64,000 bases of DNA, from assembly GCF_964213995.1 (NCBI RefSeq), contig NC_135802.1, positions 137,764,001 to 137,828,000 of the forward strand. The letters are read 5' to 3'. Source of the stretch: Mustelus asterias (lineage: Eukaryota). Shown in pieces: positions 35,882-47,812 of the stretch (position 1 is the stretch's first letter; each line of letters starts with the position of its first letter). A program made the position numbers and the translations under genes. Below the pieces are notes generated by a model. It saw only the letters and a list, made by a program, of their open reading frames with translations. It searched no databases and was not told the DNA's origin.

Positions 35882-37949
35882 TTTAATAAGGAAATTAAAC
35901 CTAAAATATAATACAACATATTAATCATCTTGCCAACAAAATATTGATAAAGTATCAATATTAAAGGATGTATTTTACATAGATATCAGTTTCTAGGACC
36001 ACACTAGAGTGTTATTACAAGATATTGTTATTTACATGATTTAAAAAGTAACAACTTATATATCCTTTCACTCTAACATATATCCAGTATACAAATTAAC
36101 ATCAACAGAATGTGCAAAAGCCATGTAATGGTTTTCCTTTACAACAAGCCAGTCATGACTGACAAAAATCCTTGGACAATGTTTCTCCAACTTCTTGGGG
36201 ACATCGTCCATTTTACAGATTATCAATGACCAAAATCAAGATCTTAAATATGGGCTTAGGAGAAAATACGAGATATTGTACCAATGATGACTTGTTCACT
36301 TCCCTAACTAACGACCCCACACACCAAAGAAAGTCCCATCCTCCGGCCAAAATGTCTGAAATCCGTCCAGTCCAAGGTCTGCTCTTGCTCCGAGAATCAA
36401 AAAGCTGGGTTTTAAATCAAGCCAGGAGGTGACATTTTACATTTTCACCAAATGGAAACATCACCCCAAGTTATGAGGAGAAATACACTGCAGCCAAGGG
36501 GAAAACAAAAAGAATTGAGATAAAAAGTGTGATGGTTTGAAATGAAACCTGAAATACTGGACTGCAACTATCACATGCGTAATGTTTAAGATTTAGAAGC
36601 AAAATTATTCAGATAAACTCAATTAAATTCCTCCTGAATGGGGTATAGGGCAAAGCAGTTTGCGATCCTTTCAGGTCCTGGAGCTGAGCCAAGACTATTG
36701 AAGGCGCATGGAGCATTGCAACCTTGATCCCATTCCCAACGTGCACAGGACAACAATGTAGAACTATGACAGTCTCATTCACTGGGGCCGTGATGATAGC
36801 TGCTGTAGGAAGTAAGTTGAGATTCTCTTCCACTCGTGGTTTGTAGGCATAACGTTAGGGTTGATGTTGTTGCTAGGTGAAGGAGGAACACATTCACAAT
36901 ATGATGAAGAAACACTCTAAAAACACTTCACTTCTCTTCCCACCACCCTTCCCCCATATAGGAGAAGGGAGTTCCTGGAGTTTATACGGTTATGTATTCT
37001 ATTGACCTCTGAGTAGCATAGTTTTAACAAATGCATAAGAAAATATTCTTTTGAATTAAATTCTCTCAAATATTTAGAATGGAACCTTGAGGCCTTGCTC
37101 CACTGAGCAGATCTCACACACAGTGGGTAACATACAGTCAAATAGTACAAAAGGAAGCTCTTCAGCCCAGCACGCATGCACTGTCTCTTTCAAAGAGTTA
37201 TCCAATTACTCATACTCCCCCACTGTTTCACCATTGCCCTGCATTTTTAATCTTTTCAAACATGTGTGTAATTCCCCATTGAAAGTTACTATTGAATCTG
37301 CTTCCACCACTTATTTCAGACACTGTATTCCAGATCATAACAACCTGTCATTTAAAAATGGGAGGTCCTGCGGCACAGTGATAGCGTCCCTACTTCAGGA
37401 CCAGAAGCTTCTGGTTCAGTTCCGATGCCAGGATTTGTAGGCCATGGAAGGAGCTATTCCCCAAAAGTGAAAAACAGTGTGTGTGAGCATATGCTTTAAA
37501 AAAGACTAAAAAAAATTCTCCCCATCTCCCCCATGATTTTCCATCCATTGATAACGTTCCCTAGCTTCATTATACTGTACACTGAGGTTGATTAAGATGC
37601 AACATTCTCTAAATACTCTGCCTCCCGGTCCATAATAACTACCATTACCAATCGTGCCATAGTCCATATGGTGCTGGGATGGTCTGGAATCTATGACCCA
37701 ACAAGAAAGTAGTGCACTGAAGAAAGTAAAGATGGCTGCAAGGAGCAGAATGATGTTTTATGGAAGAGTGTTGATCAAAGACCAATAATTGCTTCAACGT
37801 TTTTGAAATTGGGATCTGAGATACCTGTGTTGATGTAACAGTAAATGTGCTTTAGTTCATATAGAATCACAGAATGATACAGAACAAAAGGAGTCTCAAC
37901 AAAGTTCACCTCTTATACTAAATTTATCTGAACCAAATCATTCAATAGG

Positions 37950-39137
37950 GCCGTGGATGTCGTCTATATGGATTTCAGTAAGGCATTTGACAAAGTCCCA
38001 CATGGCAGGTTGGTTAAGAAGGTTAAGGCTCATGGGATACAAGGAGAAGTGGCTCGATGGGTGGAGAACTGGCTTGGCCATAGGAGACAGAGGGTAGTGG
38101 TCGAAGGGTCTTTTTCCGGCTGGAGGTCTGTGACCAGTGGTGTTCCGCAGGGCTCTGTACTGGGACCTCTGCTATTTGTGATATATATAAATGATTTGGA
38201 AGAAGGTGTAACTGGTGTAATCAGCAAGTTTGCGGATGACACAAAGATGGCTGGAATTGCGGATAGCGAAGAGCATTGTCGGGCAATACAGCAGGATATA
38301 GATAGGCTGGAAAATTGGGCGGAGAGGTGGCAGATGGAATTTAATCCGGATAAATGCGAAGTGATGCATTTTGGAAGAAATAATGTAGGGAGGAGTTATG
38401 CAATAAATGGCAGAGTCATCAGGAGTATAGAAACACAGAGGGACCTAGGTGTGCAAGTCCACAAATCCTTGAAGGTGGCAACACAGGTGGAGAAGGTGGT
38501 GAAGAAGGCATATGGTATGCTTGCCTTTATAGGACGGGGTATAGAGTATAAAAGCTGGAGTCTGATGATGCAGCTGTATAGAACGCTGGTTAGGCCGCAT
38601 TTGGAGTACTGCGTCCAGTTCTGGTCGCCGCACTACCAGAAGGACGTGGAGGCATTGGAGAGAGTGCAGAGAAGGTTTACCAGGATGTTGCCTGGTATGG
38701 AGGGTCTTAGCTATGAGGAGAGATTGGGTAGACTGGGGTTGTTCTCCTTGGAAAGACGGAGAATGAGGGGAGATCTAATAGAGGTATACAAGATTATGAA
38801 GGGTATAGATAGGGTGAACAGTGGGAAGCTTTTTCCCAGGTCGGAGGTGACGATCACGAGGGGTCACGGGCTCAAGCTGAGAGGGGCGAAGTATAACTCA
38901 GACATCAGAGGGACGTTTTTTACACAGAGGGTGGCGGGGGCCTGGAATGCGCTGCCAAGTAGGGTGGTGGAGGCAGGCACGCTGACATCGTTTAAGACTT
39001 ACCTGGATAGTCACATGAGCAGCCTGGGAATGGAGGGATACAAACCATTGGTCTAGTTGGACCAAGGAGCGGCACAGGCTTGGAGGGCCGAAGGGCCTGT
39101 TTCCTGTGCTGTACTGTTCTTTGTTCTTTGTTCTTTG
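37950..39137 (+). mobile_element. Young 5'-truncated CR1 LINE with an intact 367-aa RT C-terminal ORF
   Basis: DFSKAFDKVPH, GVPQGSVLGPLLF, YINDL, KFADDTK motifs with no stops; (ttctttg)n tail. Confidence 0.97.
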
Positions 39138-39858
39138 AAGGGGGGGAGGTTTAACACAGATATCAGAAGGACATATTTCACACAGAGGGTCGTGGGGGCC
39201 TGGAATGTGTTGCCGGGCAAGGTGGTGGAGGCGGACACACTGGGAACGTTTAAGACTTATCTAGACAGCTATATGACCGGAGTGGGAATGGAGGGATACA
39301 AAAGAGTGGTCTAGTTTGGACCAGGGAGCGGCGCGGGCTAATTGTTCCTTGTTTCTCGTTTCAAGGCTTCATTCTATGATCATCTTGCTGGTGCCAGTAC
39401 AGAGCGAGACTGCGGATAGTTGGGAACCTGTCTCGGGGGCAGGGAATTCATATGGTGTTCATGGAAGTGGAAATGACTAGGGTTGGGAAGCATTTTCCGA
39501 TCAGGGCATTGTGATCTCCTGGACTCGTTTCGATCGCCTCAGGGGGTCGGAGAGGAATTTCCCAGATTTTTTTTTTTCCCCATATTGGCCCTGGGGTTTT
39601 TCACTCTGGGTTTTCGCCTCTCCCTGGGAATCACATGGTCTGGAATAGGGGGGTGGGGGTGAGTTAATAGGTTGTAATGAACAAAGCATCGTAGCTGTGA
39701 GGGACAGCTCGGTGGATAGGATATTGGTATGTAGATAGGCTGGAAAATTGGGCGGGGATCCTGGATTCAGGATTCAATCCTGGACCGGGGAGCGGCGCGG
39801 GCTTGGAGGGCCGAAGGGCCTGTTCCTGTGCTGTATTGTTCTTTGTTCTTTGTTCTTT
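39138..39858 (+). mobile_element. Second CR1 3' end with a ~440-bp extra module between duplicated tail segments
   Basis: YFTQRVVGAWN coding end; direct repeat tggacc(a/g)gggagcggcgcgggct at about 39318 and 39781; ends (ttctttg)n. Confidence 0.75.
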
Positions 39859-41171
39859 ATTCCCATTTCAGCCTTTACTTTTCAATCCCCAAGAACTACA
39901 ACCCTTGCAAGTAAAACCCCTCCACAAGGCTATAGCAATTCCACCAGCACTTACCTTTATGCATTCTGATTCCAAAATGTAGAACTATATATTACATGTT
40001 GAATTGTTAAAAATCATCAACTAATTATTCAACGGGGTAACCAATATTGTTATTCTGCATAAGCTTTTGGTTCCTTTCATTTCCTCCTCTGAGTTTTAAT
40101 CGGTGCATGTATGTGGCACAGGGTCATTGAAACAGTGTCACAGGACACCTCACCAGTTGAGAGATTAGACTAAAAAGCCTGCTAAGATATTGCTGGGCAG
40201 CAATCATTAAATCGGGACATCACAAGTCATAATAAATAAGAAATTATGGAGCTGCTGCCACAAACCACAAATTCATACCAATTAATCAATCTTTATAGCC
40301 ACTTCTCAAAGCTGATGATACCTGTAAAAATTCACAGCAGGTCTATCCTATAGCCAAACTGTTCATAAAACCAAACACAAAGCTCCTAATCAAAAAGTAG
40401 AACACCCATAACAAACTTTCTTCTAACTTTCACCATTATAAATGCCAATGTCCACATTTATAATGGAAACTGCCTTTGTAAATCTGCCCCGCAGTCATTA
40501 GGCCCTCCTGCTAGTAGAACAGTAACAGTGTCACTTCTGGTGGGGAGGGTACAATTAAGTTTAAGTTTATTTATTCGTGTCACAAGTAGGCTCACATTAA
40601 CACTGCAATGAACTTACTGTGAGAATCTCCTTGTCACCACACTCCGGTACACTGAGGAAGAATTTAGCATGGCCAATGTACCTAACCAGCACGTCTTTCG
40701 GACTGTGGGAGAAAACTGGAGGACCCGGAGGAAACCCACACAGACACAGGGAGAACATGCAGACTCTACACAGACAGTGACCCAAGCCAGGAATCAAACC
40801 CAGGTCCTGGCACTGTGAGGCAGCGGTGCCATCCACTGTGCCACCATGTCAAGTTACACACGGCAAGTAGTTTCCAATATAAATGTGGCCATCAAATTTG
40901 TAATGGAATTTAGGGCTTTCGAATCAGAACTAAATTATGCCTGTCTGTCCTGGTCAAAATATTCCCCATCATTCACCTAAAAAGTATTAGATTGAATTAT
41001 ATGTAAATCCTTTAGCCAATTATGGAACAACACCAATAGCCACCGAACCATTTTTGCCCAGACTACTGTTGCAGCCAGGGAAGGCACCATAGCGATGACG
41101 CCAAAGGGGATAACAAAATAAAAAGATAAATAAATTGTGCTATATTTGCTAACTTGTAATGGCTTCTAGAT

Positions 41172-41291
41172 TCACTGAGCCAAGACGGCATGTCCAGTGG
41201 CTGATTGAATGGTTTCTTTTCCATCAGTCTCTAGCGGACTGGGTATACTTTCTGCAGGACTTGTTAATATTTCTTCCAGATTGTCAGCATC
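41172..41291 (-). CDS. DCDC2: Probable DCDC2 terminal coding exon (DADNLEEILTSPAESIPSPLETDGKETIQSATGHAVLAQ*)
   Basis: Strong pyrimidine tract and acceptor (tttctctttcatttccatttcatacag|GAT), phase 0 and compatible with the upstream exon. EEILTSPAE and HAVLAQ loosely resemble human EVKITSPEE and YAAVA. Confidence 0.65.
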   Translation of the reverse strand, partial: DADNLEEILTSPAESIPSPLETDGKETIQSATGHAVLAQ

Positions 41292-42551
41292 CTGTATGAA
41301 ATGGAAATGAAAGAGAAACACAAAAATCAATATTAAAAGCCACGTTTTTATTTGCCGTGCCATTATACATGAAATGCAGCACGAATGGTACAATAGGGTA
41401 CATAATGATTGAAGTACAGCACTATTAGGTAAATGTACTAAGTATACATATATGTTACCACACAACTAACAGTCTCTTTCCAAGTTGTGAGCCAGATCGA
41501 ATTGCGAGCAGCCAATGTATTTTAAATTAGAATTGAATACGGTGTGTCCCTCTTGTCTAACCCCCCCTCCACCCCCCACCCCCCTGCCGCCCCCCTGCTA
41601 TGATTCCTGTGGTGGGCAAGACAGGAAATTTCTCCCCAAAGAAATCCACGTTTCATTTTTGGAATTTGAAAGCTGTACTCACAGCAATTTAGCAACAGCA
41701 AAAATAAGGATTTGTTGCTGTGGAAATATTGGGCCAAGTCTTTAGTGAGGAAACAGAGAGATTTTGAATTTTAATAAGAAACATATAAGCCTTGAACTTG
41801 TGCTGTAGGATACACATGAACAGACTTAACAGATTTGTTTGAAATTACATACTCTGCTATTTCAGCCTCAGTTAAACTAATGAATCCATTAAGTATCTGA
41901 TTGCCAGTATCCCACGGCACAATTTCAAGGCCGCAGATTCCTCCAAACATTCCACTTCAACAAAATGGAAAACAATGAATAAAAGAGCAAATACGGAAAA
42001 TAAATACAGAAAATAAATACAGAAGCAAAATACTAAAAATATCACCAAAATCAACCCTTGAATCATTAGATTTAATGTGAAGTTGCCATGGTTCCATCAA
42101 TTCCATTTCCTCCACAATTTAACCCTCCATGCACTATTACTATAAGCAAACACTCTCCTGAGAGAGGTTACCAATGCCCACAGGTAAACGGGGCAGATAA
42201 ATCTCTGTGAAATTTATTCCTGACCCAAGGGTGACTACAAAAAATGAATCCAATCATACAGCCCACGTCATTCAGTTCTGACAAGCTACCTTCTGTACAC
42301 GATTCACCAATGAAGCATCTCATTCTCCACAGAAAATGTGATTATCTGTGAAAATCATTATCTATGTAACCCTCAACCCTGCTCTAATGCATATATTTAT
42401 CCAACGTATTAAGGGTTAATCAATGTAAAATTAATTGCTTTTGGCGAGAGTCTATTTCAGACTTCCATTACTCAGTGAAGGGGAGTATTTCCTCTGAACT
42501 TTAGTTGAGCTTGAGGCTTTTTAATTTTATATATACTCTTAAATCTGCAAA

Positions 42552-42897
42552 GGGGCGGCACGGTAGCACAGTGGCGAGCACTGCTGCTTCACAGCTCCAG
42601 GGTCCCGGGTTCGATTCCCGGCTCGGGTCACTGTCTGTGTGGAGTTTGCACATTCTCCTCGTGTCTGCGTGGGTTTCCTCCAGGTGCTCCAGTTTCCTCC
42701 CACAGTCCAAAGATGTGCGGGTTAGGTTGATTGGCCAGGTTAAAAAAATTGCCCCTTAGAGTCCTGGGATGCGTAGGTTAGAGGGATTAGTGGGTAAAAT
42801 ATGTGGGGGTAGGGCCTGGGTGGGATTGTAGTCGGTGCAGACTCGATGGGCCGAATGGCCTCCTTCTGCACTGTAGGGTTTCTATGGTTTCTATGAT
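42552..42897 (+). mobile_element. Intact young HE1/V-type SINE
   Basis: A box/B box head, central domain and (tttctatg)n tail. Confidence 0.92.
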
Positions 42898-43678
42898 CAC
42901 AGTCCATTTAGGCATTTGATTTCTGGTCTTTTTCTGCTCTTTCTCCTCCTTTCTTTGTCTGGTTAGTACTTTTGAAGAGCTCACCTGCCTGTCCTTTTCT
43001 GTTCCATTAAACGGTTAAAAAATAGTCTCCCTACTTTGCTGTAACCGTGGGCAGGATCTGGGTTCTTGGGTCAAGACCCTGACATCAGGTGGTCACAACG
43101 CCGCATGGGATAGAAAACAGTCAACCAGCAGTGACTGGAGCCCCACTAATTTGGACAGGGGAGCGGCTTGCAGATCAGGTAAGAGAGACTAAGGGCACCT
43201 CCAACTTGAGGCAGCGACTCTCTAACTTTGTAAACCTTTAACTTAAAGCATGCCCTCAGTGGCTGGGCTGCCACGGTGAAGATGGAACCCTTCTGCAGGA
43301 CAGCCTGTGGCAGCAGCTGTGGACAGCCAGGTGGGAGGCCTCAAAGCCTGCCTGGATTGCTACAGTCCCCCCCAGCCCGGATTGCTATCACCCGCAGCTG
43401 ATCTGGTGCCCTCACCTTGAGAGCTCTAGCCTTAATAGACATTTACCTATCCTGAATTGAATACCCAGTCACTGGTGGGCAAGTAGTCCCGCCAATTCTA
43501 ATCTCACCTCCGAGAATATGACTCAGAAGCAGCATGAGTAAGATCACAGGGTAAGATCACAGGACAGGATTTCTCTAGCTGTTTTCCCAAGACTTAAGCT
43601 ACAGGTCATACTTGGGCGAACACTAATATGCATTGTTTGCCAATCCATTGGATACTTTCCATGATCCTCCCCATCATG

Positions 43679-44705
43679 ATATGGAGTTTGCCGGCGTTGG
43701 ACTGGGGTGGGCACAGTAAGTAGTCTCACAACATGGACTTCAACCCAGATAAATGCGTAGTGGTCCATTCTGGCAGGTCACATGGGATGAAGGAGTACAA
43801 TATTAAGGGAAAGACTCTTAGTACTGTAGAGGATCAGAAGGACCTTGGGGTCCAGGTCCATAGGACTCTAAAATCGGCCCCGCAGGTGGAGGAGGTGGTT
43901 ATGAAGGCGTATGGTGTGCTGGCCTTTATCAATCAAGGGATTGAGTTTAGGAGTCCGGGGATAATGATGCAGCTGTATAAGACCCTCGTCAGACCCCACT
44001 TGGAGTACTGTGCTCAGTTCTGGTCACCTCATTACTGGAAGGATGTGGAAATGATTGAAAGGGTGCAGAGGAGATTTACAAGGATGTTGCCTGGATTGAA
44101 TGGCATGCCTTATGAGGATAGGCTGAGGGAGCTTGGTCTTTTCTCCTTGGAGAGACGTAGGATGAGAGGAGACCTAATAGAGGTATATAAGATGTTGAGA
44201 GGCATAGATCGGGTGGACTCTCAGAGGCTTTTTCCCAGGGTGGAAATGGCTGCTACGAGAGGACACAGGTTTAAGGTGCTGGGGGGTAGGTACAGGGGAA
44301 ATGTTAGGGGGAAGTTTTTCACACAGAGGGTGGTAAGCGAGTGGAATCGGCTGCCGTCAGTGGTGGTGGAGGCAAACTCAATAGGGTCTTTTAAGAGACT
44401 CCTGGATGAGTACATGGGACTTAATAAGATGGAGGGTTATAGGTAGGCCTAGAAGGTAGGGATATGTTCTGCACAACTTGTGGGGCCGAAGGGCCTGTTT
44501 TGTGCTGTAGTTTTTCTATGTTTCTATGTTCTATGTTTCTAACACCAGGTTAAAGTCCAACAGGTTTATTTGGTAGCATGAGCTTTCAGAGCGTTGCCCA
44601 TTCATCAGGTGAGCGATGATGAACGGGCAACGCTCCGAAAGCTCATGCTACCAAATAAACCTGTTGGACTTTAACCTGGTGTTGTGAGACTACTTATTGT
44701 GCCCA
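43679..44705. mobile_element. Penelope-derived fold-back cassette with 9-bp TSD, interrupted by a CR1
   Basis: TSD cccatcatg at 43670-43678 and 44706-44714. Arms 44541-44607 and 44617-44683 are reverse complements. Hammerhead motif on - at 44577-44611. Confidence 0.85.
43733..44540 (+). mobile_element. Young 5'-truncated CR1 LINE inserted in the Penelope cassette
   Basis: 237-aa uninterrupted ORF (MDFNPDKC...LYKTLVRPHLEYCAQFWSP); flanked by aaca repeats. Confidence 0.95.
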
Positions 44706-45311
44706 CCCATCATGGTTAGTGGTTCACTGGATACCCTCCTCGCCTGGTGAGAGGTTCAAGGCTTTTCAGTTTTAATATCACTCCCCCACCTTCAAAAAAA
44801 CTCCCCATTGATTCAAGCTTGTCATCTTAGTTCTCTTTGTTACTTTGTTTATTTGATACTAATTTGAGTGAATTTTAACACTTTGTAGTTTTCTGTGGCT
44901 GCTGCTTTAAGGGGTTGAGTGTTGGGTTGATTGAATCCTTTATTTAAAAAAAGGATCTATTCTGTTGCAAACATATGTACAATGTCATTGTATTAAATAT
45001 AATATATTTACATTCATTCAGGGGAGGCAATGACCTAGTGGTAATATTGCTAGAACATTAATCCAGAAACTCAGCTAATGTTCTGGGGTCCCGGCTTCGA
45101 ATCCTGCCACAGCAGATGGTGGAATTTGAAATCAATAAAAAATATCTGGAATTACGAATCTACTGATGACCATGAAACCATTGTTGTCAGAAAAACTCAC
45201 CTGGTTCACTAATGTCCTTTAGGAAATGAAATCTGCCATCCTTATCTGGTCTGGCCTATGTGGTTGACTTTCAACTGCTCTTGGGCAACTAGGGATGGGC
45301 AATAAATGCTG

Positions 45312-45470
45312 ACGTGGAGATGCCGGCGTTGGACTGGGGTAAACACAGTAAGAAGTCTCACAACACCAGGTTAAAGTCCAACAGGTTTATTTGCTAGCAA
45401 AAGCCACTTTGGTAGCTTTTGCTACCAAATAAACCTGTTGGACTTTAACCTGGTGTTGTGAGACTTCTTA
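45312..45470. mobile_element. Penelope-derived fold-back cassette lacking the hammerhead, 12-bp TSD
   Basis: TSD caataaatgctg at 45300-45311 and 45471-45482; near-perfect inverted arms of about 55 bp around cactttggta. Confidence 0.85.
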
Positions 45471-45579
45471 CAATAAATGCTGGCCAGCCAGTGACACCCA
45501 CACCCCACGAGTAAAACCCTAAAATCAACGTCATTTCCAGCCCAGGAGTATATATAATCAGTCACTCGCACCAATGTGT

Positions 45580-45800
45580 CGGCTCTAGTTCAATGGATAG
45601 CCTTTGAGTCAGAAGGTTCTGGGTTCAAATTCCACTTCAGAACTTGAGCACAAAAACCAAGGCTGAAACTCCAGCGCATTTCTGTCAGAGAGCTGCAGAA
45701 GTGCCGTCTTTCAGATGAGATATTAAACCAAGGCCCTTTCAGGTGGATGTAAGAGATCCAATGGCACTAGTTGGAGAATGCTATATAAATGCAAGTCTTT
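45580..45800 (+). mobile_element. Deu-domain SINE (SacSINE1/AmnSINE-like) remnant
   Basis: gtgccgtctttcagatgagatattaaaccaaggccc...caggtggatgtaagagatccaatggcacta matches the remembered Deu domain. Confidence 0.7.
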
Positions 45801-47627
45801 CTTTGATGCCATCAGCCAATTTAATAATGCGGCAAGCAATACTACCTCCACTTTGATCACATTCACTTCAGCCAAAGTCCGAAAAGAAAGAACGCAAGCA
45901 AAGGTCAAGAAGAAAGTGAGGCAAAATTATAGGTATATCAACAAGCTGAAAACTAGCTTCAAACAAAGCAAAACTACACTAAAGCATCAAACAGCAAAAA
46001 TAACATTAGCAGTAAGATGCAGGGCACGATATCCAATCTCAGTGAGCTGAAAAACATTAAAAACTGGAACATAGAGATCAATGAAACAGTTCATTGACTG
46101 ATTGGATTTCTTATTTAAACACATAAAATCTCTCAGTTCTTTTACAGTTCAGCAACCCTTTTCATTTAAAAAAATGAGTTGGTTAACATAATTAAGCCTG
46201 AGGAAAGTACTAACTAATTAAAAAATAATTGAACTCCTGTAGTTAGAATTTTCAAAAATCATATCCCTTAGCTTCCACTGTCGTCTTCTTTTGTGTCGAT
46301 TGTGTTACCAGGACTTTGTAATCTGAGAAAGATCAGTGATCAAACAAACAAATGGAAGGGATGTGAATGAAATATTGATTCAACAAATAATATTGTTGAT
46401 CTCAACTACTTGGTGCTGGGTTGTGGGGCACCTTTAATAATTATGGATCATTCTGGAAGACGGGGCTGAATTCAGGCTCATAAATAGTTTTATTCGGGCA
46501 GGTGACTTGTTCAATTTTGATTGTTTTTCTTTGCAGTTGTCCAGATTCATTAAAGCCATTATCGTATCAACCAGGGCTGAAGGTTTACACACACTCCTGA
46601 TATTTAATGATATACTGCCCCTATCAATCAGAATGGTCTTTCGAGGAATTAATTTGGAGGAGTATCAATTATAACTGAAGGCGCACAATCCATAATGTGC
46701 CATTCTCTGGGGGATTAGGGTGTTAATTGGTTACATTCTGAATCTACAAGAGGTCATCTTGTGATGTCCTGTCAGCCTGGTGGATGTGTTGCTTTTTCCC
46801 CAGTGCATCTGATAATTTCATTTAAAGACCCAGTCAGCATTTTCCTTTTGACCAGCAAGACAGAAAAGCTTAGTCAGCATGGTGGCACTGTGGTTAGCAC
46901 TGCTGCCTCACAGCGCCAGGGACCTGGGTTCAATTCCTGACTTGGGTCACTGTCTGTGTGGAGTCTGCACATTCTCCCCATGTCTGCATGGGTTTCCTCT
47001 GGGTGCTCCGCAGTCTGAAAGACGTGCTGGTTAGGTGCATTGACCCGAACTGGCGCCGGAGTGCGGCGATTGGGGGAATTTCACAGTAACTTCTATGCAG
47101 TGTTAATGTAAGTCTTACTTGCGACTACTAAATAAACTTTAAAAACTCACATGCACCGCATCTGATCATTAATCTTAATCCTTTCCTGCCTGTATTCTGA
47201 ATGGAAAACTAGGTTTAACTGGTAATACCACACTTTAGCAATATCATTAAAAGGTACACTTTAACGCCTGCTTAATAAAATTAATTCTTTTAAAGTGCAT
47301 TACTGGTGATTTAATTTTATTTGTCCTCCCAGACTATTACTGAATGTATTGAGGCAAGAATGAATTACTGCATCTCTTATAATTAACATGAGAGTAGTTA
47401 GGATTGTCAGCTGCCTTGGGTTTTAGAACGTAATAAAAATTGAAGGATCTAATTGCAGAATAATGATTTCACTGCTGCAAACTGCTTATTATACTTGTCC
47501 ATAGACAAAGAAGCATATGAACAAGGGTAGGCCATTCAGCCCCTAGAGCCTGCTACACTTTTTATAGATCAGAGCTGGTCTGTATCTCCATTCTATTTAA
47601 GTGTAACCTTGCACTGCAGGTTACTAG

Positions 47628-47812
47628 TTTGGCTAAGATCAAACGTCATATCAAGCCCAAGATCAGGTGCAATGTCTTTTCTTGTCATCTTGAATTGTGT
47701 TTGTTTCTTTTGTGGGGGACCATAAATTGGATTCAATTTAAATTGGTTTTTGGAGCAAGCATGGAGATGGATTAAGGACTCGCCTGTGCATTCTGCACAT
47801 TGGCTTTGTAAC
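47628..47812 (+). pseudogene. Degenerate U2 snRNA-derived sequence with an internal duplication
   Basis: tttggctaagatcaa and ttaaattggtttttggagcaagcatggagatggattaaggactcgcctgtgcattctgcacattggc align in order with U2 (TTTTGGCTAAGATCAAGTGTAGTATC; TTAAATGGATTTTTGGAGCAGGGAGATGGAATAGGAGCTTGCTCCGTCCACTCCACGCATCGAC). Confidence 0.7.

Noticed and set aside
46265-46322. Possible extra DCDC2 exon after tctttctcag on -
   Set aside because: In the required phase 0 it reads ITKSW-stop; no donor or convincing homology.
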